A DNA stretch of 64,000 nt from Octopus vulgaris (lineage: Eukaryota). The stretch covers positions 29,760,001-29,824,000 of the forward strand of contig OX597819.1 in the NCBI GenBank assembly GCA_951406725.2, read 5' to 3'. The translations under genes were made by a program, and so were the position numbers. The notes under the pieces were generated by a model, which saw only the letters and a list, made by a program, of their open reading frames with translations, did no database searches and had not been told where the DNA came from. Positions 11,838 to 25,784 of this stretch are shown piece after piece (position 1 is the stretch's first letter; the number at the start of each line of letters is the position of its first letter).

Positions 11838-13350
11838 TATGATGCTTAAAATGGAACGGCTCTTGAGTGTATGGATCGAGGATCAGGTTCAATGTAATAT
11901 GCCAATTATCAAGATGGTAATTGAAAATAAAAACCAATGTATGACGGCTTGCAGTATAACGGAGCTGAAGCTTTCGACGAAATAATCTTTCCTGTTTTTT
12001 TAAAGGCTGGCTTGAATGGTTTAAGAAGCGCTTGGATTTGAACAACGTGAAAATGATTGGTGAAGCTGCCAACGCTGACACAAAGGTTGCTGTTGATTAT
12101 CCTGAGCGACTGAAGAAAATTATTACTTGAGCGCGCTACACACCAGAACAAGTATACAATGTTGGTGAAACGGCATTTATCTGGAAGCACGTACCTGTTT
12201 TTTCCTGCTGTATAGATATACTGTGCCAGATATATTTCAAACAATGTATTGGTCTTTTCAGACAATGCGCCAAACCAACCAGGGAACTTAGATGAGCTTT
12301 CTGGTAATATGATGGTGGAATACAAGATGACAAGCTTGCAGAATTGTTACAACCAAAAGAAAATGCTTAGCAGCGTTTCTTCCGAATCTTTACGTTCTAA
12401 GTTCCAATCCAGTTGAGGCTGTCATTGCCCTTCTTCTTTTCTGGGTCGATAAAGTAAGAACCACTGAGCACTAGGACCTCTGTAATTGACTTCTCCATAC
12501 TCTCAAAATGGCTGGTCTTGTGCCAAAATTAGAAAAACATATGAGAGTAGAATATATTCACAAGAATATATCTTTGCTCCAGCCATAAATCAATGTATGA
12601 CAGCTAACTTTCAGGCTTATAATCTGAGAAGAACTTTCAAACCTATAATTACAGATTTCAGCATAATGAGCGCTGTGTATAACATAGCTGGTTCATGGAA
12701 TGAAATGAAAACCTCGACATTGAATAATGCTTGTAAAAATATATAGCCCGACTGTTTCCGTGACTTTATCAGTTTTCGACATTTAGAAATCTACATTAAA
12801 AAATAATGCTTGTAAAAATATATAGCCCGACTGTTTCCGTGACTTTATCAGTTTTCGACATTTAGAAATCTACATTAAATTCGGAATGGAACTGTGACAC
12901 CTGTGTGAAAGATGTAAGGTTTGAAGAAGTCACAGAAGATGATGCAGCTGTGTTGCTCATGATCCATAGTAAATGTTTAGCTATCGAAGGTTTGATGCTG
13001 TGAGAAAAGAAGTAGGCTGAAAATACAAATAAGAATATGGAAATTCCGAGAATTCCACTTAAATTGATGCAAGGAATATTGCCAAAGGATTTTGGTTGAC
13101 AAATTTTTGCTAATAACGATTCTAATCGTTGATGTATTTATAGCCCAACTATATCTGTGACTTTATCAGTTTTCTACACGTAGAGCTCTACATTAAATTC
13201 GGAATGGGACTGTGACACTTGTGTGAATGATATGTGAATGTAGAGTAAAAATTACACGAAGAGTCTAGAATGAGTTCAGTTCTTACACTGAACTGTACAA
13301 AGAGATGACGCACCTTAAACCTCATACAACTTTGGATAAGTTCTTCACCT
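11838..13350 (+). pseudogene. Degraded pogo/Tigger transposase, interrupted by a SINE relic (about 12360-12530)
   Basis: MERLLSVWIED (CENP-B HTH), GWLEWFKKR, GEAANAD, YTPEQVYNVGET, DNAP, QCMTANFQAYNLRRTF, SWNEMKTSTLNNACK. Confidence 0.8.
12723..12880. repeat. Perfect tandem duplication of about 78 bp; third diverged copy at about 13137-13230
   Basis: AATAATGCTTGTAAAAATATATAGCCCGACTG...TCTACATTAAA repeated directly. Confidence 0.9.
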
Positions 13351-13727
13351 TTCAAATAGATGTTGACGAAGAACAATAAGATAGAAGATACGTTCATCTT
13401 CCTCTACCACACTTCACGAGGAAGTCAGCTTCTTTTGTGTTCAAAACGTACACTTTTATGGCATCGGGATTTTTCTTCAAATGTTTTCATGTATGCATTT
13501 ACTTTCATGAATAAAGGTGGTCGTGAGGTTAATGCTGTTAGTTACAACGTTAGAATAAATATGATAGAATAAGTACTAGTCTTTAAAAGAATAATTCCCA
13601 GGGTAAATTCGTTCGAAAGGAAACGGTAGTCAACACTATAGATACCAAAACCTGTCTTATATTTTAGTTCACCGATCCCACCAAAGAGATGAACAATACA
13701 GTTGACCTAGAAAAAATTGAAAGTATG

Positions 13728-13766
<39 letters not shown>

Positions 13767-14867
13767 ATGCATGTATGTTTGTATGTATATCTTTCTCGCA
13801 AGGGAAAACCGAGTGAAACAACAAACTGCGTGGGAATGCGTGACAGTCACATGCTAGTCAAGGCGAACATTTTTCAATGGTTTTGCTCCGGTGACGCCTG
13901 CACTTATAATCTTATAACGATTCATTATTTATTATTTATTATTTTTATTTTTATTATTTCTTATTTTTTATGATAGTCTATTTTTATATTCCTTTGTTTT
14001 CTGATATTTTTATTTTTTAAGTTGTTTATTTATTTTTGGGAATTTTTCATATGCACACACACACACACACACACCTTCATACGCATGCACTCATACACAT
14101 ATATACACGACCCACACACACTTCCATACACACTCATACACATGCATGACCACACACACACACACACACACATAGAGGCCACCACCCACTCATATGCACA
14201 TATACATATACTCACATACACTCATATTCATACGCACACCCACAAACATACAAATATACATGTCATTCCGCCCTTCACACCCTATTACATACCACACACT
14301 CCCCACACACCACACACACACACACACACTTACCCACACACACACACCCGCGTACACCACCCCTCACACACAGCCACACATCGCACTCACACCCTACCAC
14401 ACACCAGACACACCACACCCACACCCGCGCGCGCACGCACACACTACAATTCGCGCACGCACGCACAATCACACACACACACACACTCACACACACACAC
14501 TCCACCTCAATCCTATCTCCCTCTCATGCTCACAGACATACGCACGCGCGCACAAACACACCCACACACACGCACACGAACGCACATATACTCCCGCACA
14601 CAGTACTCCACATACACAACATACACACACAACGCACGCACAATGCGCACATATACACACATATACATACACACACACACCTAGCCACACCCACCCATGT
14701 GTGTGTATATGTATATTTATATGTATATATATGTACATATATATACGTGTGTGTGTGTACATATACATGTGCATTCACACACACCTATATATATATATGT
14801 ATATATAATATATAGATAGATATTTATATATATATATATAATATATAGATATATATAATATATAGAT

Positions 14868-14921
<54 letters not shown>

Positions 14922-15159
14922 GGATATAGATATATACATATATATACATGTATATATGTGTATATGTACATATGTATATATATGGTTTTGTTTTTATGTT
15001 TTCGTTTCTCATTGTGTTCGACGCTTTTTTGGTGTCCTGTACTCATATATGCATGTATATATACATATATTGATGTAGGTATGTACATATATGTATGTAT
15101 ATATGCATAAGTTTTATTTATCATTTTTCTATTATATATATATATATATATATATATAA

Positions 15160-15390
15160 TTTGTGACAACTATTCGGTAGCCATGATAAAACAGCGAGTT
15201 TCGGATGTCGGGCCATCGAAAAAGATGCTATGAAAATGGGCTCACTGTCCACGGCTACGAGACCACAGTGAGCGTATAAACGGTGAAAATATTGTCAATT
15301 TCCCCAAACAGGGACACAATTCTATTTTTAAACAATAACCAAAGCTCCTTCTCCCAAAGGGTGAGGGTTACAGTTTACAATTATTTAACA
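15160..15390 (-). mobile_element. Penelope-type pLTR fragment, same family as 24048-25470, with the ribozyme core deleted
   Basis: 15160-15237 is near-identical to 24048-24126. Confidence 0.7.
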
Positions 15391-15425
15391 TATGTATGTA
15401 TGTATATATATATATATATATATAT

Positions 15426-16774
15426 AAATTAATCAAAATAAAAACATGATGCCAAGGATTCAGCGGTACATATGTTTCGGGCCTTTATTAGACGGATTTA
15501 TAACAATGCATAATGTGTGTCTGTGCATATGCATACCTTTGTGTATAGGCATAGGGATCTACTCCCCCCATGTGCGTGGGGGTGGACGCGAGTGCAGGTG
15601 TATACATATTCCTGCCCACACGCATAGAGATTCACTTCGTCTTGTAAATGCGTGTAAGTGCGAGTGTGCCTATATGAACGCATGTGAGTGTATGTAAGTA
15701 CGTACGTATTATGCGCGTCGGTTCGTGTACCCAACTACATGCGCCTTTTCCCATATATATCTGTATATGTTTACACGTGAGTACGTATGTATGCTTGTAT
15801 GCGTGTAGTTGCGTATGCGTGCGTATATGTGCGCGTGTATATGGGTGTATGTATCCATGCGGGTACGTATGTACATGATGACCACTTAATACGTTACGAA
15901 GAACTAGATAAACGGCTCAACAACTCTAATTTACAATACACTAGGTTCCCAGACGCCCCGGTTGACTTATGACACCCAAGGCTTCTACAACCAGAATTTG
16001 TCATTTTCCTGACCACCATGTTTGGTCCGTAACTACTATATATCCCTTATCCTTATATTCTTTTACTTATCTACACTCTTATACCCTTTATACTTCTGAT
16101 AATTTTTTTAATCTTTTTAATTTTTTAATTTTTTATTTTTTTATTTTTTATTTTTTTATTTTTTTATTTTTTTATTTTTTATTTTTTTATTTTTTTATAA
16201 CTTTATAACTTTATACCTTTATATTCATTTATATTTTTTTATATTTTTTATATCTCTTTATATCTTTATACTCTACATTTTTATATTTTTCTATACTTAC
16301 ACTTTTTATATATTTTTTTATCCTTCGTCCTGAATTCTCGCCCCTCCATCTTTATCTCTATTTGCTTTTATTACCAGGTTCCTTCACGTCTGTCTGTATT
16401 TATATATGCATATATTTATTTATTCATTTATTTATATTACCTCAACATCCAAACTTCCTCATTCTACATTGAGAGAAGGACGAGATGGACGCTTCATTTT
16501 TATGCTGTTGCCGCATTATGTCGTACGCGAATGAGAGGATTTGCATCCCCAACGTAGAATTTTTTATGTAATACATGTCCTTGAGGTAGTAGTTGTGTGC
16601 GGCTGAAGAAGGCCACAGACACATTATGCATTGTTATAAATCCGTCTAATAAAGGCCCGAAACATATGTACCGCTGAATCCTTGGCATCATGTTTTTATT
16701 TTGATCAATTTACTCCACCACCTACACCACCAAACGGTATATAGAGGTGCTTACAATTATCAAGTACTCACCCT
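15426..16774 (+). mobile_element. Non-coding Penelope-like/retrozyme-like element: 3' pLTR with hammerhead plus an inverted partial pLTR at the 5' end
   Basis: 15426-15525 is the near-exact reverse complement of 16613-16711. Both ends abut TA-rich microsatellites. Confidence 0.7.
16599..16674 (+). ncRNA. Type I hammerhead ribozyme motif with palindromic helix III
   Basis: GCGG-CTGAAGA-AGGCC...GGCCC-GAAA-CATATG-TA-CCGC. ACATATGT is self-complementary; the first helix II pair is an A-C mismatch. Confidence 0.8.
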
Positions 16775-16801
16775 ATATATATATGTATGTATGTATGTAT
16801 G

Positions 16802-16832
<31 letters not shown>

Positions 16833-16865
16833 GTGTATGTATGTATATATATGTATGTATGTATG

Positions 16866-16896
<31 letters not shown>

Positions 16897-16921
16897 GTAT
16901 GTATATATATATGTATGTATG

Positions 16922-17017
<96 letters not shown>

Positions 17018-17073
17018 TATATATATGTATATATATATGTATATATATATATTTATGTATGTATGTATGTACG

Positions 17074-17104
<31 letters not shown>

Positions 17105-17131
17105 GTATATATATATATATATGTATGTATG

Positions 17132-17166
<35 letters not shown>

Positions 17167-17189
17167 ATATATATAGGTATCTATGTATG

Positions 17190-17222
<33 letters not shown>

Positions 17223-17243
17223 ATATATATATATGTATGTATG

Positions 17244-17294
<51 letters not shown>

Positions 17295-17455
17295 ATATAT
17301 ATATATATGTATGTATATATATATGTGTGTGTATGTATGTATATATATATATATGTATGTATGTATGTTTTTATATATATATATGTGTGTGTGTGTATGT
17401 ATGTATGTATATATATATATATGTATGTATGTATATATATATATGTATGTATGTG

Positions 17456-17516
<61 letters not shown>

Positions 17517-17610
17517 ATATATATATGTGTGTGTATGTATGTATATATATATATATGTATGTATGTATGTTTATATATATATATATGTGTGTGTATGTAT
17601 GTATGTATAC
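16775..17610. repeat. Compound (TA)n/(TATG)n microsatellite of about 835 bp
   Basis: Direct reading. Confidence 0.95.
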
Positions 17611-19167
17611 ACCTCCACACTCATTCGTCTGGCCGAACTTGTCCTTACTCTGAACTGCTTCTCGTTCGCGGGCGAGTTCTACCATCAGGTCTCGGGAGTG
17701 GCCATGGGAACGCGAATGGGCCCCAACTATGCGAACCTGTTCGTTGGCTATGTTGAGGCCCAAATATTCTCTAATTTCACTGGTCCCACTCCTGAACTAT
17801 ATGGTCGTTATATTGACGACATTATCGGTGCCACCTCACTCTCCCCCGAACATCTAGATTCCTTCCTCTCTTTCGTCCAATCTTTCCATCCAGCCCTCCA
17901 CTTCACTTCCACTATCTCCAACACCTCTGTCTCCTTCCTCGACATTTCGGTTAGCATTCTTCACTCCACTCTTACCACCTCCATTCACTACAAACACACA
18001 GACTCACACTCATACCTCAACTTCTCTTCCTCCCACCCAGAACACACCAAGCTTTCCATCCCCTATTCCCAATTCCTCCGTCTACGTTGGCTCTGTAGTG
18101 ACGACCATGACTTTGAGACTCAGTCTCAACGTATGGCTCACCACTTCACCCTACGTGGATACCCCCTCACCACTATCCACACCGCCCTTGCCAGAGCACG
18201 GTCCGTGGACCGTGTATCTGCTCTCTCTCCCCGAACCCGCCCTGTAGTCTCCCGCCTCCCTTTTCCCCTCACTTACCACCCCACGACCCTACGTCTCCAA
18301 CGCACCATTCTTCGAGCTTTCCGTCATCTCCAGTCCGACCCGTCCACTTCACACCTCTTCCCTAACCGACCCCTCCCCTCTTTCAAACGAGCCCACAACC
18401 TTCGAGACCTTTTGGTCCATAGCTCCTTCCCTGACCCTACCTCCCAACCCGGCTCGTTCCCCTGCTCCCACCCACGTTGCCGCACTTGCCCTTACCTCTC
18501 CAACACCATCCGCCTCACTAGCACCCACCATCGACCCTATCCCATCATCCACTCCTTCACCTGCACCTCCAGCAATATTATCTATTGCATCTCTTGCTCT
18601 CTCTGCAATTCCTTGTACATCGGACAAACGGGACGCCGCTTGGCTGACCGGTTCGCGGAACACCTTCGTGACATCCACCTTGCGAACGACACACCGGTCT
18701 CACGCCATTTCCGCTCCACCGGTCACTCCTTGCAACACCTATCTGTGTTCGGTTTGTCCTTACATAGAGGCCATCCGGATTCCCGTTTGCGCCGTGAACA
18801 GGAATTAATCTTCTCTCTTCGCTCTTATACGCCATTTGGTCTCAACTCTCCCCCTCCTCATCTAACCCCCTCTCCCCCCTCCTCACCTATCCTTTCTCCC
18901 CCCGACCCCTACTTCTTCAGTCCTTCATCCTTTCACCCCTACTCCTACTCCCCTCCCCTTCTTCCCTCTTTCTCCCTCCCTCTTCCCCTTCCCTCTGCTC
19001 CCTCACTCCCTCTCTCCCCTTCTCTCCCCCCCTCTCCCTCTTTCTTCCTTCACCCCCTCCTCCCCTTCCTTCTCCCCCATCCTCTCCTCTTCCCCTTCTC
19101 CTCCCCCTCTTCTTCCCCTCCCCTTCTCCCCCTCTTCTCCCCCTCTTCTCCTCACTACACCACATGA
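17611..19167 (+). CDS. 5'-truncated Penelope-like element ORF (RT motifs 4-7, thumb, Cys-rich linker, GIY-YIG endonuclease), Neptune-like
   Basis: [95 protein letters not shown]. No stops or frameshifts; the frame runs on into a CT-rich tail. Confidence 0.9.
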   Translation, partial: TSTLIRLAELVLTLNCFSFAGEFYHQVSGVAMGTRMGPNYANLFVGYVEAQIFSNFTGPTPELYGRYIDDIIGATSLSPEHLDSFLSFVQSFHPALHFTSTISNTSVSFLDISVSILHSTLTTSIHYKHTDSHSYLNFSSSHPEHTKLSIPYSQFLRLRWLCSDDHDFETQSQRMAHHFTLRGYPLTTIHTALARARSVDRVSALSPRTRPVVSRLPFPLTYHPTTLRLQRTILRAFRHLQSDPSTSHLFPNRPLPSFKRAHNLRDLLVHSSFPDPTSQPGSFPCSHPRCRTCPYLSNTIRLTSTHHRPYPIIHSFTCTSSNIIYCISCSLCNSLYIGQTGRRLADRFAEHLRDIHLANDTPVSRHFRSTGHSLQHLSVFGLSLHRGHPDSRLRREQELIFSLRSYTPFGLNSPPPHLTPSPPSSPILSPPDPYFFSPSSFHPYSYSPPLLPSFSLPLPLPSAPSLPLSPSLPPSPSFFLHPLLPFLLPHPLLFPFSSPSSSPPLLPLFSPSSPHYTT

Positions 19168-19199
19168 CTTTACACATCACATCACATATGATGTGCCAT

Positions 19200-19530
19200 A
19201 CTAATACACACACCAACTAATACATACTAATACGTACTAATACATACTAGTACATACTAATACTTACACCAACCCTATACATACACACGTCCAGACCCCG
19301 CATACGCACTTATACTCTCTCACACACACACACACACACCTATATATACCAATACGTACTAATACATACTAATACATACTAATACATACACCAACCCCAT
19401 ACATACGCACGTCCAGACCAATCTTACGCACTAATACTCTCTCATACACACACACACACACACACCCTTATACATACTAATACATACACCAACCCTATAC
19501 ATACACACATCCAGACCCCTCCCACGCACT
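19200..19530. repeat. Imperfect tandem repeat of about 110-130 bp, 3 copies, in the Penelope 3' UTR
   Basis: Recurring CTAATACATACACCAACCCTATACATACACAC(G)TCCAGACC. Confidence 0.75.
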
Positions 19531-19701
19531 TTTAGCTGGTCCCTCAACCCTTTTATCAACCCTATTATCTCCCCTTATTTCGCTCTCGCGTCTCATGTTT
19601 GATCTTTGACCTCTGGCCGAAATCAGATCGCCATGTTGATTCGTTAGCTACTGCACGCATTTTTTTCTCTCCTTCTTTCTGTGTTTTTCTCTCTCTGTGT
19701 A

Positions 19702-19739
19702 TCTTTCTGTTGAAGAGCGTAGGCTCGAAACGTTAAAGA
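19702..19739 (+). ncRNA. Minimal hammerhead-like motif in the 3' pLTR of the Penelope element
   Basis: TCTTT-CTGTTGAA-GAGC gtag GCTC-GAAA-CGTT-AAAGA. Variant core and essentially no helix III; the pLTR ends at (TA)n about 19838. Confidence 0.65.
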
Positions 19740-20067
19740 CTTGTTTTATTTATATTTCCTGAGCGCCATACTAATACAATTGTTCGTTTGTTTTCCACCT
19801 GCCTTCGTCTTTTGTTTATTTTCATAAAGCTTCCCGTTATATATATATGGATGTATATATATATGTGTGTGTGTATGTATATATATATGTGTATGTATGT
19901 ATGTATATGTGTATGTATATATATATATGTGTGTGTGTGTATATATATATATGTGTGTGTGTATGTATATATGTATGTGTATATATATATATGTATATAT
20001 ATATACCTATGTATGTGTTTGTTGTTTGTATACATACATAGATATATATATATATATATATATATAC

Positions 20068-20122
<55 letters not shown>

Positions 20123-20149
20123 CGTATGTATGTGTTTGTTGTTTGTGTC

Positions 20150-20320
20150 TGTGTTTCTCACCACACCATCGCTTGACAACCGATGTTGGTGTGTTTACGT
20201 TTCCATCACTTAGCAGTCCGGCTAAAGAGACCGATAGAATAAGTACTGGGCTTACAAAGAATATGTCCTGGGGTTGATTTATTAGAATAAAGGCGGTGCT
20301 GCAGCAAAAGAGTAAAAGAA
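20150..20320 (+). mobile_element. Octopus-type SINE 3' part
   Basis: Matches 36470-36670. Confidence 0.75.
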
Positions 20321-21249
20321 TATGTACATGAAGACAATGGTATAACAAAAATCATACTGAAGAGTACTTCCTGACTAAATGGAATTATTTTCCCTTCGGG
20401 GGAAGAGTAAACAAGTTCCTTGTGGAATTTAACACTTATTCCAAATGAAAGGAAGAGATAATTTCAATTATCACGAATTCCCCGAAAGAAAAGGAGCCTC
20501 TGATTGAGATCAAGAGGACAGCTGTGTCTACGTGGTTTGCTTCAATAAACGTCATCAGCACACCACTGTTGCAACTTATTTCTTGCAGATCGCTTACTTA
20601 GATACAAAGAAAAAGAAAGCATTCATGGTTGTGGGTAAATTGCATGTGTGTGTGTGTTACGTTAGTGGTAACAAATTGAGAGAAGAGTCTTCAAATCCAG
20701 AGAGTAAAAATGTTTAAGTAAATTATAGTCAGGCTCTCATCAATTGTACTTTAGGCTTTCTGCACGTAGAATCGGTCTAGAGACACCCTTTCAGTCAGCT
20801 TGTGGCATTATTAAGTTGCAATTTATAGAACGAAGTACTGAATATCCTTTGGTGGAGTGGAAAACATCAATTCAATGCTGATCCTACGCAAGTCACAACT
20901 CGAAGTTTCTCGTTCCCAGTCTGCGGGCGAATTAGGGCTGCAAAAAAAAAAAAAACTTCTTTCAGATGGAAATATTTTGGTGGTAGGAAGGTTGTATCTT
21001 TTGATGGTGTGAATGAGTTTTCAGTTTTGTTTCCTACCGTTAGTGTTTAGTTGTGTTGAGATTTAACATATTATGGAAGAAGTTGACTGTCCCATTATTA
21101 GTTACAATGATAATAAGCGCTCTTTCTTTAAAGATACTAAATACGCTTTTTCGCTATATTTATGCCCGTTTATTTTGCTAGAAATAACTAAAACGTTATC
21201 GCTATGCATGCTTAAATCTCCTAAGATCCACTTGTAGAAATAATCTAAG

Positions 21250-22200
21250 GGCGCAGTGAGGAGGAGATTGTAATTTGCATCTATAGTTATAATTAATTTT
21301 ATTAAACCTGCTTGTCTATTTGATGTCGTTCAACAAAAAAATGTCTATAGGCAATATACACGCAAGAATAATTAAAGAAACATCGAAATTATTAGGAATA
21401 AAATTTGCCTAGAAGTACAGTTTTCGTTGTAAGTAAGAAACAAGATGAACTGAACACCACATATTTGTTGTGCACAGTGCAATGCTGTCTTAGCAGTTTG
21501 ACTGAAAAGTAAAAGAAATAATGTCATTCGCAATTGCCGTGTTTAATGTGAGGTTACAAATTAAATGGGTGATACCTTTGGTTGTTAAAAATAACAAAAA
21601 TACATCGAACGTTGATATCGTTTAGCTGTTTCAATCTTCTGACTGCGGTCATGCTAGGGTTTAAAATTTTTCATGGATACATAGAGCTAAAACCTATTGT
21701 GAACTGGCAGGTAATATGATAAAATATTATGAAAGAAAACGATGGTGGATGTTCCCTAAATTTTATTTTTTATATTCTTCACTTCTTCCTTACCAAACTT
21801 GGGGCTATAATTGAAGAGCATGGTACAAATTTCCACTAGCAGATCTCTGTAGTGGAAAGCAGAAATGTGAACTTCAATCGAAATATAATGCTTGATTCTA
21901 ACAGAAGGAGAGCTCTTTCAATGATTATGTGTCCAGAATGCCAGTTCGCTGGTGAAATATTACTGTGTGTCTGAAGAGCAACCCTCTTAATATTATTTAA
22001 ATCAAACCAACATAAAGCATATCACAACTTAGTCTGTTGATGCAATAAATCCGAGAAACGAAGAAAACAGCGTGATACTTGGTTACACAAAATCTGGACA
22101 CGATAAGGAAATCTAATTCACAGATCTGAATTCACCATCACGGATTTAGTAGGGAACGGTAATTCTTGTCTGTAACAGAGAAAAGTTGAGATTTTCTTAC
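21250..22200 (+). pseudogene. Highly degraded Sola2-type DNA transposon
   Basis: PHICCAQC..L..KRN..SFAI and NLGAIIEEHG.NFH.QISVVESR match Sola2 transposase motifs (WAPHICC; NLGAVSDEHGERFHQDI). Confidence 0.6.
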
Positions 22201-22441
22201 AAATGTAATCAATAGCATTAAGTTAATTTAACATATACGGCTTTTATCCATATGTTACTTTGAATAAATGGCCTTTGCCTTAATTGAACGATTAGCTACG
22301 GAAACTGTTTCATATGAAGTCCTGTTTCAGTGTCAAAAAATGATAGCTGCAGGTTTCAACTGATCAAGAGATCATTTAAAATCATTCCATAAGTGATTAT
22401 ATCTCTCTGCACGCAGTATTTTTTAATTTAAAAAAAAATAA

Positions 22442-22457
22442 ATTATTATTATTATTA

Positions 22458-22543
<86 letters not shown>

Positions 22544-22864
22544 ATTATCATTATCATTATTATTATAATTATAATTATCATTATCATTAACATTATCATT
22601 ATTATTATTACTCTTACTATTACTATTACTACTACACCTACTACTACTACTACTACTACTATTGCTACTACTACTACAACTGCTACTACTACTACTGCTA
22701 CTACTACTACTACTACTATTACTACTACTACTACTACTAATACTACTATCATTATAATTATTATTATTATTATTATCATTATTATCATTATTATTATTAT
22801 GATTTTTATTACTATTACCATTACAATTACTATTACTACTACTACTACTACTACTACTACTACA

Positions 22865-22899
<35 letters not shown>

Positions 22900-23001
22900 A
22901 ACTACTACTATTTTTATTATTATTATTATTATTATTATTAATATTATTATTAATATTATTATTAATATTATTATTATTATTATTATTATTACTATTACTA
23001 T

Positions 23002-23049
<48 letters not shown>

Positions 23050-23260
23050 AACTACTACAACAACTATTACTACTACTACTACTACTATTATTATTATTTT
23101 TTATTATTAACATTATTATTATTATCATTATTATTTTTACTACTACTACTACTACTAATGCTACTACTACTATTACTATTACAACTACTACTATTATTAT
23201 TATTATTACTATTACTATTACTACTACTATTAGTATTACTACTACTACTACTACTACTAC

Positions 23261-23303
<43 letters not shown>

Positions 23304-23381
23304 ATTATCATTATCATTATCATTATCCTTATCATTATCTTTAACATAATAATAATAATTATTATTACTATTACTATTACA

Positions 23382-23479
<98 letters not shown>

Positions 23480-23596
23480 CATTATTAATATTATTATTAT
23501 CATTATCACTATCATTATCATTAACATTATCATTATTATTATTACTCTTACTATTATTATTATTATCATTATCATTAGCATTATTATTATTAATAT

Positions 23597-23658
<62 letters not shown>

Positions 23659-23980
23659 TTATTATTATTATTAATGAAGATAATATCAATAATAATAATA
23701 ATATTAATAATAGTAGTGTTAGTAGTAGTAGTAGTTCTAGTAGTATTAGTAGTAGTAATAGTAATATTAATACTAATAGTAATAGTAATAGTAATAGTGA
23801 TAGTAATAGTAATAGTAATAATTATAATAATAATAATAATAATGATAATAATGATAATGATAATGATAATGTTAATGATAATAATAATAATAATAATAAT
23901 AATTATAATAATAATTGTAGTATTAGGAGTAGTAGTAGTAGTAGTAGTAATAGTAATTGAAATAATAATAATAGTAATAA

Positions 23981-24030
<50 letters not shown>
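22442..24030. repeat. Compound trinucleotide microsatellite of about 1.6 kb that switches strand at about 23672
   Basis: (TAT/TAC/CAT)n up to 23672, then (ATA/GTA/ATG)n. Confidence 0.95.
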
Positions 24031-24031
<1 letters not shown>

Positions 24032-24047
24032 CCGCATGTATATATAA

Positions 24048-25472
24048 TTTGTGACAACTATTCGGTAGCCATGATAAAACACCGAGTTTCGGATGTCGGG
24101 CCATCGAAAAAGATGCTATGAAAATGACTGTTAAACAAAGGGATATTACTGTGTGATTGACCGTTATTAAGACAAAAGAGCTATTAGAATGACCGCTAAG
24201 TAAAGGGAGGGAGTAAAGGTAAGGGAGTAAAAATGTTCATAGTAAGCGCGCATGTCCATACATACACATGCGCGCCCGCACACCGACGTACATGCTCCTA
24301 TATGTATATACTCATCTACCCTCACTTGAAACACACACTTGGTCATCTACACATTCGCCAAAAAATATATACAAACCCGCATACACACTCGCACACACAC
24401 ACGCGCGCACAAAAAATGTTCATACACACGTCTATATACGCACATACTCGCATACACGCACACACATACGCATCTATATACGCACATAGCCGCACACACG
24501 CACACATCCACACGCGCGCACAAAAAATTCCATATACACGTCTATATACCCACAGGAAAAATGCAGGCTGGAAGGTAGAATACAGAAAAAATATGCGTAA
24601 AATATATATGAGCAATAAAACTATAAAACAATATCGTTATAAATATGTAAAAAATATATAAAAAATATATAAGTAATATAAGAAAAAAGGATAGCGAGAT
24701 AGAACGCTTGTACGTGGACACAATATAGAAAGCAAAAACCTAACAAATATTTAGCCACATATGGACAGGATCCGAAAAGTTCAGTTCTTGAATTTAGACA
24801 TGTGGCGGGGTCTAAGCTGCTTTTGCAGATGAGCCATCTTTCCATATCACAAAGACCTCACTTTCCACTACCGTTGGTGTAGGGTGTATATAGACATGTG
24901 TGTGCGTGCATGCAAGTATGTGTGTATCTAGACGCGTTTTACGTTTATTGCTTTTTTCTTTACACTTTTTTTAAAACATTTTTCTGTATTTTTGCCTTTA
25001 GCCCTGTTTTTTCCTTGTGCATGTACGTATATAGACGTGTGTATGAACATTTTTTTGCGTGCGTATGTGTGTATGTGTGTGTGTATGTGTGTGTGTGTGC
25101 GAGCGTGTATACGGGTATGTAATATTTTTTAGCGAATGTGTGGGTGAGCACGTGTGCGTTTCAAGTGAGGGTGGATGAGTATATAAATATAGGCACATGT
25201 AAGCCGGTGTGCAGGCGCGCATGTGTATGCATATGCGTGCTTACGCGATTACTATGAACATTTTTACTCCCTTACTTTTACTCCCTCCCCTTACTTAGCG
25301 GTCATTCTAATAGCTCTTTTATCCTAATAACGGTCAATCACACAGTAATTTCCCTTCGTTTAACGGTTATTTTCATAGAATTTTTTTCGATGGCCCGATA
25401 ACTTAAGAGATGCCGGCGTGGGTTTCCACCCCGACATCCGAAACTCGGAGTTTTATCATGGCTACCGAATAA
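24048..25472. mobile_element. Fold-back pair of pLTR-type elements (diverged inverted arms of at least 400 bp)
   Basis: 24059-24440 is reverse complementary to about 25030-25470, e.g. GAGCTATTAGAATGACCGCTAAGTAA / TTACTTAGCGGTCATTCTAATAGCTC. Confidence 0.8.
25397..25457 (+). ncRNA. Type I hammerhead motif with long GC-rich helix II and mutated core (CTTAAGA)
   Basis: GATAA-CTTAAGA-GATGCCGGCGTGG gttt CCACCCCGACATC-CGAAA-CTCGGAGTT-TTATC. Confidence 0.65.
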
Positions 25473-25565
25473 TTCTTACGTATTATATTTACAGATAAAT
25501 TCCTTTCTTTACATCAAGGTCTCTTTCATTCTTTTGTTGCCTTGACATTTCTATCAATCTATATA

Positions 25566-25600
<35 letters not shown>

Positions 25601-25784
25601 TAAATAAATGGCACAACGAAGCACCGATATTTACTGGAAAATAGCGCGAACGTAATAAATACGACGCTAATGTATAGCTTCACTGCGTATGTACTAGTAA
25701 AGATGCGTGTGTGCAACAAACATGAAAAAAATTGTCTTACCTCTAGGAAGAACATCTGAAAAATGAAAAACCTAGAAACGGATA

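Noticed and set aside
16747-17610. N-terminal part of the 806-aa ORF as a YI/MYVC-repeat domain fused to RT
   Set aside because: (TA)n/(TATG)n tracts rarely yield stop codons, so the open frame is a microsatellite artefact upstream of a truncated RT.
22397-24104. Long poly-I/V/S/N/T ORFs
   Set aside because: Translations of trinucleotide microsatellites.
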